Shown: positions 12,812 to 26,100 of the stretch, one piece after another | How the letters are laid out: each line of letters opens with the position of its first letter | How positions within the stretch are numbered: position 1 is the first letter of the stretch | Source of the DNA: Dimorphilus gyrociliatus | Lineage: Eukaryota > Animalia > Annelida | Assembly (NCBI GenBank): GCA_904063045.1 | Contig: CAJFCJ010000013.1 | Location: 418,623-482,622 of the forward strand | DNA length: 64,000 bases | Direction: 5' to 3' | The notes under the pieces: generated by a model | Told to the model about the DNA's origin: nothing | The model's input: only the letters and a program-made list of their open reading frames with translations | The model's database searches: none | Translations under genes and position numbers: made by a program

Positions 12812-15800
12812 AATTTTCATTTTGTTTTATCTAGTCGCTTATCGTGTTCAATTTTATACTGTTAATACTTGATTATTTTTTTCATAAGCTTTCATAAACT
12901 GCTTATAAAGTGGATATTGCTCTTTTCTTAGCATTATAAAAATCTAGCATACAAAACTAAAATATCTACTTCAAGCGAGGGTGATTGGTACCTTAACGAA
13001 ATAAAATTCCCAAAAATATTATCTACAATACCACCAACATTAAACATTTTTTCAACAAATACAATACGCGGGCTTATCTATTTTTTGAACAGGTATAGAT
13101 CGTAATATAAAAGATAAAAAAGATATGGCTAATGGATTAATTGATAAACAGAAATAATAAGCCATGAATTTGATAGAGACAAAAATAGTGGAGAAGAAGC
13201 TAGGCTTATAAGGCCTCTAAGTTTAATTATTCGAGTTTTTTTTAGCCTAATTATCACTTTATACAAAATTTGGCCAATAATAACTGAATTGTTTCTGCCG
13301 TCGTTTACTTTTCCAAACAAAACGTTAGTTGTTGCCGATACCCTGTCAACTGAATCATACATCATCAAGCACATTTTGTACCATATGGAAAGTTGATGAA
13401 AAGAACTTAATGAGATTTAATGATGATAATAAAGTAATTAGTACAGAGAGTATATACATATCCTTCTCCATTCATAAATCATTTATATTTAGCGCAGAAA
13501 TCTTAAGTAGCTATAATTTAACCTTGACTGGCAGTTGATTCTCTCTCTCCGCTAAATCCCTAACTAGAGATAATTCTCAGAACAGTACAAGTCTTATTCC
13601 AAGTGTCAACATAGATTTTACTTTATTTTATTCACAACATTTGTTACAACGACTACATATAGACACAAATTTAATTAGCATATATACGAACTGTATATGT
13701 TTATATTAGTATAAATTTCACCAAAAGACAATATAATTTATCATTGGATGGAATAAATAAGGGTGAATATTTTCATATCAAAGCACTTTCTAAAGTTTAT
13801 ATTTTAAGCTATAATAGACATAAATGATTTAGTAGAAAAAAGCAAAGTCTGTATGATTTATTTTGTTAAATTATTTTGAAAAAAGAGAGAAAATCATACA
13901 TTTTCAGCTCATAAATTAAGTTTACATATATTGGCTAAAGAATTATTTAAAAATAAAAAAGTCTTTCGGGTTTTTTTTACTTGGTAATAAAAAGGTGATT
14001 TATTGATCAGATTGAGGCTTTTTTTTTATTTATTATTGACTTTATTGTACTTGTTTGTCTCTATAGTTCAGAATAGAAAAGTGTAAAAAATGAGGTTATT
14101 TAATGTAACAATTTTCTTCTCTTAAGTTAATACGATCATCTAAATTGGAAACATTTTTTTTCAAATAAAAGTATTTTTGTACGTTTATTATTATTTATCT
14201 AAAAACTGGGGCGTGGTACATTTTTCATTAGATAGATAGAACCACAAGAATAGGTCAAAAAGCATAATATCGTTGAAACAACGCCTTAGTCAGGCATTAT
14301 TGGAAGAATTATTACTATTTTCTACTGAAATGATTATTTTGACTTTAAGTACTTTAATTATGAGATTGACCTCGAAAAGTATATAATTGTGCCAAACATG
14401 CACACAAATTCCCATTTATTCTCTTTCTCTCTCGCTCAATCTACCAACTAATACTTGAGATGATGTCTGTGCTCACAATTTTAATTTGGCACAATAGAAT
14501 TATTACATTAAAAGTCACCATAATACTAATATCTTTAAGAATAAGTAAAACTCTTCATGATAATAACCTCACAGTAAATATAAACTAAATTGATTTCCAA
14601 AGATTGAACCCAACAAATGTTTGTGCTTTCTATTTTATTTTATCTCTCTCTCTCGCTCTCTTTCTTTCTTTCTTTCTTTCTTTCTCTCACTCTCTACTTT
14701 TTGTCTTTCACTCAAATAATGATATGGAAGCGGCTGATTTGGAAAATATGTTAAAAATTTAACAAGCAAACTATGTTAGTAATCAAGGAATACCTACTTT
14801 AATAGAACAATAGAACATTTAAGTAAAATACCAATTCACAAAATAGAACAGTCTGTTGTGTAAACTGGTAAGTTTGAGAAATTCGTAAAGAAAATTTTTC
14901 AGGTTATTTAATCTTGATATTTATGAAAAAAGTTGTTAATTTACTGAAAACATTTCTTATACTTAGCTATCTAGGATCTCTTTACCAGGAACCATTCAAA
15001 TAATCACAGTTAGCGCTTTGGAGCACGTTTTGATTAGAAAATTAGTTTACATTAAAAGAGATCGGTCATTGTTCAAAAACAGTTTACATTAAGATACATT
15101 TAAAACATTTTGTGAAATAAAAGTATTCAATTGTGTTGAAAAAAGCTTTAGAAGAAGGCAAATGAAGAAACTTTTCAAAGGATAACTTAGGATAATCAAA
15201 TAAAAAGAACTAAAATTACAATGTGCAATGGAAAGAAGAGGAGGAGGAGGAGGAGGAGGGACGGAATACGGATGAATTATGAATGAGGAGACGAGAAAAG
15301 CTACGTAAAATAAACTAAAAATTGTTTGTGTTAAAAGTAAAATAATCATAATTAGATGCTAAGTTAGAGAACAGACTTTGAGAAAAGATAACAACTAGAT
15401 AGATTTAAGAAAAGAAACGTGGTGATTGATGATAAGAGATGTGCTACACTGAAAGATGTTTACAAATTGTGATAATTGTAACATCAACTCCATAAAAATG
15501 TGTACATTTCTCGAATTAATGCGATAGTGCAAAAAAAGAAGTTGTTTGCCAAAAAAGATATCTTATTTATCATTCACTTCTACTGTCAACTAAGTTTTTT
15601 GACGCATTATTTCAGGTTTAGATTGTAGAAAATGGATTAGTAAAATACATTATACATGTAAAAGATGAAAGATATGTACAGCTACTTAATTCAAGTGACG
15701 GTGTGTGCTTTATGGTATATGAAGGCGAGTAAAATACACAAAAATTTGTGCTATTGTGATACAATTCTTTACCTACGACAACATCGACTGTCTATATTAT

Positions 15801-17279
15801 TTTTGCAGGATGCTATCAGCCTAACGTTAATCTTATTCTTTTGGTCAATCATTAAAGTATGCTAAGATAAAAAAAAAACAAAGGTGTGATATGATCTATT
15901 ACCTTATCTATGTTCGTGTACATGTATATATTCATGTATATATATAACCTCCCTTTTCACACATCAAAGTCATATTATATAGACTTGTTAAGAGTTACCA
16001 CCCCATAGAAATGATTGTCATTGAACTTTATGATTTGAAGTTATGAATGTATATTTAGTTCCCCTTTTCACAATTTATTACCAAATACCCAAAAGTCCAT
16101 CTAATTTACAGACTTTGCTTTTAAATGTAGAATAATAGGACAAATTATCTTGTTCGATGGAGTTATACAAAGGAAAGTTGTAACTTTTAAAATATAACAC
16201 CTATACAATAAGCGCAATTACACAGGGTTTCAAAGCTCTTGAACAAAGGAATATTTCCTACTTACAATGCAGATTATAATTTTCTTTCTTTTCATTCTTT
16301 TTCTGTTGATTTCATTTTCTTCACTACACTCACAAGGACCAGACTTTTACATAGACATATATATATATAATAAACCATCTAACGACTCTATGGAATGAAG
16401 AGTAAAATGAATAGATGAAATTTCATGCATTGCCGTAAAGGTGTTACCCACATTTTTTTTTTTTTGCTCTTTTTCGGGAATTTTTTTCATTAAGTCACCG
16501 GGTAAAAGACATTCAAAACTCTGTAACCGTCTTCCCAATCTCCATTATTCTTTTGGATAGTATTTGTCAGTTATTTTGCCTGTAAATCATAAAAAGGGAG
16601 ATTTAGTTTATAAAAATTTATAAAAACATATTACGATACTCATAATGTCTACATTTTACAGCGAATATTTAAGTTTATTTTTTCATTTAGATGTGTGTAT
16701 TAAAAACAACCGGAAGTTGGTAAAAATTCTTAAACCAGGTGATTCAGTCTCTTTTTTTGTCATTAGGGAAAGACTACGAACGCTAAAACGGCAATATGTT
16801 AAGTATACTTTTCTTATATTTTTTACTGCTTTTGTACATCGAACAGATGGCCTTTCGATATCATCAACATTGTAAATTTGTCCAAAAGTTACCCTGCGAC
16901 CCATTTTAAACATTTAAAAAGTTTTTTTTATTTAACAAAAAGAGAAAAAAAGAGGAAATTTATCAATGAAAACTTTTGTCATTTAAATGAAGCTTTATCT
17001 ACGAAAAAGTAACAAAGATATTTCTTTGAAAGTTTCTTTAATTTCTCTATTATCTTCTTAATATTATGAAAAACCATTTAAGAGTACTTACTCTTTGGAA
17101 CTGACTCAAATTTACCCAAAAAGAGATAATTTTCAGAGGAAGAACGGCTACTGTAATTCTCTTCTCTCTTAAGTTGTTCTTCAGCAATTACAGTTGTTTC
17201 TCTTTTGTTATAGATAGAAAGATGTTGACAAGTGGTTGAATGCCATGACCATAGAGAAAGTGACAAATAATGGTATATG

Positions 17280-17340
17280 ACAATCGCATCTGCGCAATAC
17301 GAAATCCCCGCCCCTACTCATCGGTGATTGGTTGAAAAAT
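17280..17340. promoter_or_regulatory. Promoter-like island: GC box (CCCCGCCCC) and CCAAT box (GATTGG)
   Basis: The motifs lie in a locally GC-rich patch in AT-rich DNA; the gene they serve is not identified. Confidence 0.35.
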
Positions 17341-18346
17341 CTTGTTACTCTTATTTAAATAATAATATATTCATTTTGACCGCGTTCCAGCTAGAAATAA
17401 TGTATGAAATTGTTTGACGAAGGTAAAATTAATTGCGATATTTTCATGTTTTCTATCGTCAATTAACATCCTATTCAAACATTTTTGGCAAAGAAACAAA
17501 ATCAAAGTTTTATTAATCAAAATCAAAACACAGAAAGCAATGAGAGTGCATTTTGAATTTTATTTATACTAAACCATCGATTACCCTGGAAACTCTCTAC
17601 ATTAGAGTCTTATTTACCTTGACAACGTATAATTGACCAAGGTATGAAAAAACGACCCAAGAACGCCCACTTTTACTTGCCTACATTCCACATTTATAAA
17701 CTTTCCATTGTCAACTTCATTAATTAATTTATTCAAATAGCAGGATTTAATTACCCGATTTAATTATGCTAACGGGTGATGGAGAATATGCGTCTTTCTT
17801 CACGCATAGTATTAAACTGTTACATTGACTACATGGTAGATAATTCACAGTTTTCTCTTGATCATTACTTATCTATAAAGGTGTTCTTAAATAAGTTAAA
17901 CTAATTAGAAACCATATAATTTACTCGAAAAGTTACAATATTGTCCTATTATTAAATTGTTGGCAGGTGTACAGCAAATCCTAACAGTTGGTTTCTCTTC
18001 TTTGTACCACCAATGAATGAACTTTCTTTCTTCTCTTTTTTTTTAAAAAAAAAACATAAACATGCAATAATTAATAAATACAAAAAGATAAAAGCAGTTG
18101 ATTGTAAAAATTTGTTGATGTTTACATTATGAAAATTGTTTATAAATACTTTACGTACGTTTTCTTTGGATAGGAAGAGCGTATGTACAGCATGTTTAAA
18201 TATAATAATTTATTAGTAAAAAAGGAAAAAAGAACAATGTCAGCCATTTTATATATATATATATATGTCTTTTTTTATAATTAGATTAAAGAAGATGTAA
18301 TTAGAATTAATTCGTTGAATAAAATATTATGTGCTGGATGAGCCAT

Positions 18347-20675
18347 CTAGCGTCTAGAGGGTGACGACAGACATCTAGTGGCTATTGAATAGGCTTCCCT
18401 TGGAATAATAAAGCGGCGAATATGCTGATGGGAATCGTCAGAAATGAGATTACTTGAATAATTGCATTTCTTTTCTCGAATTAATACAGTACCACCAGCA
18501 ATTGGAACATTATCAGCTCCAGTTATATTAAATCTTTTGAGGCCTGTTACTTGACTAACTAATTCCCTACCCCTACCCTTAACGTTATCAGCTAAGAAGT
18601 TAGCTATTCGAAATTCTAGGTTGGTGAGACTTTTATCACTGGTTTCCTCATCAAACCAATCATTAGAAGGCTGAAAATCTCCAATCTTTGGCGGCGCTGT
18701 TTTAGGTCGAAGGATATTGGATCTAACTCTTTTTTGGCTTTTCATCCAATTCGTATCAATTCTATTAGTAAGCCTTTCCAATTCTCTACGTGATCTCGGT
18801 CTCTTACCCGATGCCTGCCTCCTAGCCCTTTCTAGTTTAATTTCAGGAGGCAACTTTTGTAATTTAGCACCTTTTTTTGCAGTTTCCATATGCTGTCGAG
18901 CTTTTTCGGCGTTTCTGGTCATATAATAGATTGTACCTGGTACGCAGGGGTCTATTAAAGGCGTTTTATTATTTAAGAAGAGCTTAATTAATTCACTCAT
19001 AGTTTCAGCTTTTTTGTCCAATTGTTTATCTTCATTACTTGGCAATTCCTTGGCTATTATCTCTTTGATTTTGGCAAATAACGGAACTTTTCTAGGTAAC
19101 CAAGCGTCTAATTTACTTAAAGCTAAATTTTGAAACATAACCCAAGTGGTACCTGCCTTCCTAATTAATCGTTCTATATTCTTTTTATCAAGATAGTAAC
19201 AAATTGTATCCGTTTTACAAAAGACATTTAGAGCGTAAGTTTCCATGTTTAGTAGCATCTCTAAATCTCCAATAATCTCATTCTCTTCCATCCAGCATAC
19301 TTCTATCTCTCTACTCTTCATTCTTTTCTCGGCAGCCGAATAGCCTTCCTTTCTTCTAACGCGTATTCTTTCCTGAGAGACTATTGATTTCTTTTCTTTT
19401 TTAACCTTTAAAATTGTGTCATACTGCTCTTCGTGCATTGATGGTCGGGTGGTAACCTTTGTTCGGCCCCTGGTTAAAAACATTTCTCTCTCAGCAGGAT
19501 GTAATAAGATCTATGAATTTTACCTTAGGATAAAGAATACTCCAGTAAACGGCTGGCCTTGTTTAAAGATAAATGAATCGTATGCGAATACTTCTTTTCT
19601 TAAGCTCATTTCCATCAATCTTCGAGATTTAGAAGACCAATCTTTAAAGAGGGGACAAGCTCTAACAAACTCGTTCTTTTCCCTAAAGTCTCTTTCATGC
19701 TGAGTTTTTAGAGTCGAATCAAACAGTTCTTTGTCAATAACGAGTAAATGAGTTTCTTCTTCCGACAAGATAGATGCATTCCTTACAGCATTATCACTTA
19801 TCAAAGCTATTTCTCCGAAACATTGACCTTCACCTATAAAAACAAATATGAATCGTACGAATATTTATCAACTGTAATAGTATTTATATTATACTTTGTA
19901 AATACAAAATTCTTTCTATCTAGGTCTATCAAAATCCAAAAGTTAAAAAAAGACAAAATTACGAAATTCAACTAAATTTCATTTATTTTTTTACCATAGG
20001 AAGTTATATATTTTCCTAGATCGTTGGATAATCCATTATCTAATTCTTCTCTATCATCCGCATCCTCATTTATCAATGATGTATGTATATGAACAGACAC
20101 CTTTCCGCTAAGTATAATGTAGAAACTGTTGATTAATAGCTATTATTATCATACTATTTCATGTATGTTTGTAGTAAATAAACTAAAGGGAGAAAAAGAG
20201 TGAGTGAGAGAGAAAGAGAGAGCGAGAGAGAGAGAGAGAGAGAAAGATAAGGATTATTATATCTTCCATGACTTTTTGAGCACGATCATTAAATACCAAT
20301 TTATTTGCTCTTTCGTTCTCTCTCTTTTAACAGGAGAAAATATCTCAAATCATATTTTACCTTCGACCAATATCTCCCTGCTTTATGATAAGCTTATTAC
20401 CTTCTACGTGATCGTACGAGCAATTCCTTAATAAGTTGGACAATTCGCCTATTCATAATAAATTACTTAAGATAACAGAAACAATAAGAAGATAACGGAA
20501 GCGATAATTTTAATATTTTATGCAAATCAACTTACTAGACTCTAAATATTTTAAACATTTTCCCTTTCTCCTTAACCAGGGTAAGAGGATGGCAATTTCA
20601 TTTTTACTCCTTTCATTTGGTAACCTACTAATTAATTCCAAGGCTTTCTTTAACATAGAATTCATTATTGAAAGT
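18347..20675 (-). CDS. Cyclic nucleotide-binding domain-containing protein (two cNMP domains, CNBD2-like); 5' end not found
   Basis: Spliced exons: RSKNEIAILLPWLR..|SELSNLLRNCSYDHVEGNKLIIKQGDIGR|FYIILSGKVSV..|GEGQCFGEIALISDNAVRNASI..LLVIDKELF..CPLFKDW..IFKQGQPFTGVFFI|..NEIIGDLEML. The FGEIAL...R.AS phosphate-binding cassette is intact in domain 1. Confidence 0.8.
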
Positions 20676-23184
20676 CTATACGAAGAATAACTGAAAGGCT
20701 GCTTTTTTAAAAACTAGGTGCAAAGTTATTCCGCAAACAAGTTCTTAACTGAATCACGTATGTAAACAAACGCTGATTGGCTTAAGATCGTATATTTTAG
20801 AGAGTTTAACTAAATTATATACGAAATTATTTAGTTTATTATTAAATATCTTAATGATTGCAAATTACATATGACGTTCTTGAAATAGCGACTAAGAGAG
20901 GGTGTAAGAGAAGAGTATAAGATAAATTCGTCTTTTCCTAGCTTATCTCTTCTCCATCCTTTTTTCTCTCCCTCCACTCTTTACCAAAAAAAAATTGCTT
21001 TTCTATTCACTTTGCTAAATCTTTCTTTCTTATCTTCTCTTCTGTTAAAAGATACCCTTTTCCTAACCTATTATAATTTATGTCTAGCTGTAAAATTACT
21101 TAGGCCTATTGTTTTAAGTTTTAACAGCTGGTATCAATAATCAACAGTTTGTAAGTAATCAAGTAATCCTATGATGAAAAGTTTGCTTTTCTTAAATTTT
21201 AGTCCGCTTTTCTTCAATTAAGTTTCTCTTTTAATTAGTAAAAGAAGAGTAATAGACATTAATGAAACGAATTTTACGTCCCAAGATGATAGAAATTAAG
21301 TTAATTATGACAAGTTTGAATAAAGGAAGAGGCCAAAAAGAGTAAATTCTATTGATTTTCCTATCCAAAGTCAGTGTTATTAAGATAGTCGAAAAAAGGC
21401 GGAATAAGTGTACCGATACGTAAATAATAGATATAAAATATAGAGAATAAAAGGGAATAGGAGGTTGAGTTCCGGTTCTGTTTTAAAGCAACATTAAAAA
21501 ATGATGGAGTGATTATATAGAGTATTCTATCTACCATTCTTTGCTCCTATATCGTACAGTATTCTCTTCATCTCATCCTTCTATCTATTTTTCATATATG
21601 TTATTCTATTAGAGGAAGGCGGACATATCAAATTGATAATCTAGTAAAACTTTTGATGAGTACCAATTGAAAGAATTTACAAACAATTTCGCTAATGACT
21701 ATTAATGTACGAAATCCCTTTACCAACACGTTTTTATCGCAAATTAGTGCTAGAAATGGCTTTTCCATTGACTGATGAATAGGTTATATTACGTCCATTA
21801 TCTTCATTTTATTGCTAAGGATGCCTATAAATGTTCCTCTATATAAAAAAAGAGAGATGTTAATTTAAATGATTAGTACATTCTTTTCATTTTAATTCTG
21901 ATTGATATTCTGCTGTGACCTTTTCTTTTTTTTTACATACATCTATACATACGCACACGCGCATACAACATAATATAGAGTTCTGGAGTACATCTACAAA
22001 AACCCAAATTGAACTTCCACAGCTTAAAAAGCTTAATAAATCATATTAACACAGGAAAAACATATTGTTTCTTTGACTATTTAAAAAATACTCTCCTTTC
22101 CCCTCCTCTTCTCTTTAATCCTTATATTCTTATCATACTATTTTTCCTTATCTCTTCAATATTAATGTACTATCAATATATTTCTACGTTTGTCAAAAAG
22201 CTATTAATTTACATTATTCTTCTTTATTTACATAGTAAGTCGACATATTTATCTATTGATATGATCTTTAGTAAATTATTGAATTGGTCACATAATTCCA
22301 GGAATAACGTTTCACTATTGTCTTATTATCTATTCTTTTTACTTTTGAGTAGTTTTCTAAATTAGATTGGTCAATTATTCAAATATACCTATTTTATAAA
22401 GAAACATTATTTAAAACCGAGTTAATGATTATTGACTTGTGCATTTAATTGTATTAATTAATATAATTAATATGTAGGAGAATGAGAAAATGAAAGACAG
22501 GAATAGAGAACGAGATAGAGAGGCGTAAGAGAGAAAGAAATAAAGAGAAGTGAAGAAATCTCCAATATTCATATCCAGAGAAAGAGAGAGAGAGAGAAAA
22601 AAGAAAATGAAAAAATAACTATTAAAAAAAAAAAATTCAGTAAATGTGCATCAAAAAAGCGCGCGTGTTATTTTTTGTTTCTTGCGGAACGTTACGTAAT
22701 AACTAAATAGTTTGCACTGACACCAGTATTTTTTTCCATATAAATATTACAAATAAATTGTTTTGTTGTTGTTGTTGTTTTTTTTTTTATGTACACATAC
22801 ATACTATTCACACGTAAGCTTTCTCTGTATGTGTGTGTGTGTGTGCGCGTGTGTGTGTGTGTTAATTTTTTTTTGTTTTACACGCATTAAAGTCATATTT
22901 TTGATGAGACAGAAGAAAAAATGTTCAAAAATTGGCACAGGATTAGCGGCAAATGAAAAAAAAAACAAAGACAAAGAAGAAGAATAAGAAGAAGTAATAG
23001 TAGAAGAAGATAGAGTTCGAATTCCATTCTTTAAAAGGATATATGTATATATATATAGATATATACATATAAATATATATACACTTCAATTACATATACA
23101 TATATATATATATAAAAATATATACATATATATGTAGTACGTATAAGAATATTTAGGACATATATGATTAGTATGTATGACGTA

Positions 23185-26100
23185 TTAGTGTGGGGCGAAA
23201 TGGTGTCCTCGTTGAATGAGGTCGTGGTGCATTTGCTGGGCTATGAGTTGACGCTGGATCAGGGTGTCCCTCTCTAAAAGGGCTGGAGGATATCCGGCAG
23301 GTGGCGTCGGAAACGATTGTGAACCCATTAGCGGATGCATGTGTAATCTGGCTAAAGGATCGTTGAGGGCCATCGATCTTTCCGCCTGCATTCTTTCGGC
23401 TGTTGGCACGCAACGGTTTTAATCGAATTAAGCGGCTATAAAGTGTCCGCCACTTACCCAAAGCTCTTTCGCGTTCGCGTTGTAGAATATCTGGTGGGTA
23501 AATACCGGTAGGGACGGGAAAGGTCAAACCTCCGTGTAAAAGGCCCGGTCCAGGAGGTAGCGGTAGACCCCTTAGCGCGTAGTCTCTTTGCATTTGGAGA
23601 AATTGCGCTTCGGCTACTTGACTCGAGGTAGCTGTAGGTGATGTGGCTGAAGAACCTGGTTTCATTTCTAATTCTCTTTTCATTTTTTCCTGCAATTCTA
23701 TTTCCCGTAGTTCCCTTTCCCTCATTTCCCTCTCTCTAGCATCCCTCTCTTGCTTATCGCGCAATAATTCAGCCTCCAACCTCTCACGACTTGATTGCGA
23801 AGTAGTATAAATAACCCTCTGGTTCATATCCGGCGTCATATTTAAACCTCCGTATGGCGCTTGGGACACGGCTGTTTGCCCTAAGCCCAAAGCATAAGCT
23901 CTATCGCTGTACGCCCTGAGTTGATGCAGGGCGGGGGTATCAGAGTTAAATATCGGCGGAGCGGGTCGGTTATTCAGCATGTGTACGTGTGATAAGACTT
24001 GTGCGTCGGCTGTCTTATTTTCCGGCGGCGTCTTCCTAATCTTCTCCTCCTTAGGCGCCGATTTTGTGGATGGATGGCGATTGCCCTCTGCCCTTGCTGC
24101 TTTCCTCTTAGCGAATTTCGATCCTGGTTTTATGGCATATATAAGATCAGTTCTACTGCAAGAGTTGCCGCCTCTATCCAATCGCCTTATAATAATGGCA
24201 TTTGCATACTCCTTCTCAACTCTGTCTACAACTTCTGGAGTACTTTCAACAACACTGGTCGCCGCTTCTTCGTCCGTATCCGGTACATTCGTTTCTCGTT
24301 TGACAGTCGTTTCACTTGGAGTTGGCGATTCGATTATTTCAGAGTTTGGTGTTTGAGAATTGTGCGATAGCGTCTCTATACTTGATCTCCTAGGTGGTAG
24401 GTTATCAAGCACATTGGTTTGCGTACTAGATATGTTGAGTTTGTGCGAATTAATATCCGGAGTCGTTTCATTTTCTAAACGCTTCAAAGGAGGCGGTGGA
24501 CCGTGAGGACGGCTAGAATTGACGGGCGTTGGCTTTTCCCAAACGTCCTTAACTTCTTCCTTTATCTGAGTTGAAATCAACGGCGGCGGATGATGCTGTT
24601 GAACGGGCGGAACGGCCAAAATTGGCCTCGGAGGAACGTGCCTGTCATTGGGCTCTATTTCCATTTTGCAAGCGGACGATGCCGACGTGGATGGCTGAGC
24701 CTTACTCGATTGCTGTTTGGCATTAATTTGTTCTTCCGCCAACAAACTGTCAATCGCATTAATTGCAGGTTTAACAAGTGATTCGTCCTCGCCCCAGCCT
24801 CCACTGTTTCCGCCTTCGCTGGATCGACGTTCTTTCTTAATAGCAGTAGGTATAGAATCCTTATCATCACCAGATTCTTCACCATTCGTCTTAGAGTCGG
24901 ATGTCCGTCTCTTATCCGCCCCGCTGCTTTTATTATTATCCATCGAATCAGGCATCTGTGTAAAGAGGAAATGATAAGAAGAACCGCGAGGTGTCGACAC
25001 TATACACCTGAATAGACTTATACAAATAAACTGCTTATAAAATATGCATTAGCCGCCAAGCAAAACAGAAGCGGCATCTACAAAACAGTAATAGTAATAA
25101 ATACCTAAATTCGAAACGTACCTTAGGCTTTTTGCTCCGTTTCCATAGATAATAATACTCGACGAGTTCGCCCTGCCAAAAATGCAATACTATCAATACT
25201 TTTCGGTAGATTAAAAGAGAAATACTTTTACAGGTTATATCGAATAACGAACTCGATCTTTTCTCGCATTTATTTACACAATATCAATGTTATAATCGTA
25301 CATCAAATAGTCGTTGGAATTGCTTAAAGCTACAGGCTTTGGTTTGAAAGGCACAAAATTAAAACAAATAGGCAGGAAACTAAGGGAAGAGGATGGATGG
25401 ATGGATGCAACATCAATAACACAAAAGGAAGGGTAAACGGGTATAACAGCAACCCGACTTTTAGATTGTACAAACAAGAGGAAAAACCGCGTAAAAACGC
25501 TTAGCCACATCTGCTACGAATGTACATACATTCAGTAGTTTATTGCCCAATTCACCCGGGCAAGCTGTTCCAAACAACGATCATTTCAGATATAATTTTT
25601 ATTTCCAGTTGTCGTTAGTTTAATATTATTAATGCTTCTATTATTATTCAATAGTCGACCTCAGTGTCGAAGATGCGGGTCGTAAGGTGAAAGGCGTGCA
25701 AGATGAGAGAGAGTAGCAGGCAGACAAAAAATCAATAATCTCACCACCAGATGGCGTCAAAGAAGAAGGGAGATGCGAAAGAGGTGAGACAGGGGGTGGT
25801 GATAGAGGTTGTAGAATATAGTAGCAAACGCCAGTCAACACTAAAGAGGGTCAACAAAGGAAAAGAGGTATGGAGGGGGTATGTTTTTGAGGAGGGGTTG
25901 AAGAAAAGGGGAGGGCTAGCAGATGAGTAAAGAAGGTATAAATAAGAAAATAGGAAAAAACCGCGGTAAGATTCCCCCTGGGGAGAAGCAACAACAGGGC
26001 AAGACGCACATCTTTGTGATTTGCGCCAATTACAATTGCAACTAGCGCAAGGCGCTAGCCCGCTGCTTAGTTGGAATAGGGCGGGAATAGCCGGCGGGAA

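Noticed and set aside
13129-13538. Short hydrophobic ORFs downstream of BCR
   Set aside because: No domain motifs or convincing splice path; consistent with chance ORFs in AT-rich DNA.
15089-15349. ORF with poly-Pro and a hydrophobic N-terminus
   Set aside because: Produced by a (GAG)n simple repeat and AT-rich, Phe/Ile-biased intergenic DNA; no splice or domain support.
25644-25841. ORF containing GGEIIDF, which superficially resembles the SANT GEL(I/V)xxY segment
   Set aside because: The true SANT-completing exon (GELVEYYYLWK) lies near 25120-25170. This ORF is intronic and overlaps a CTCF-like motif.
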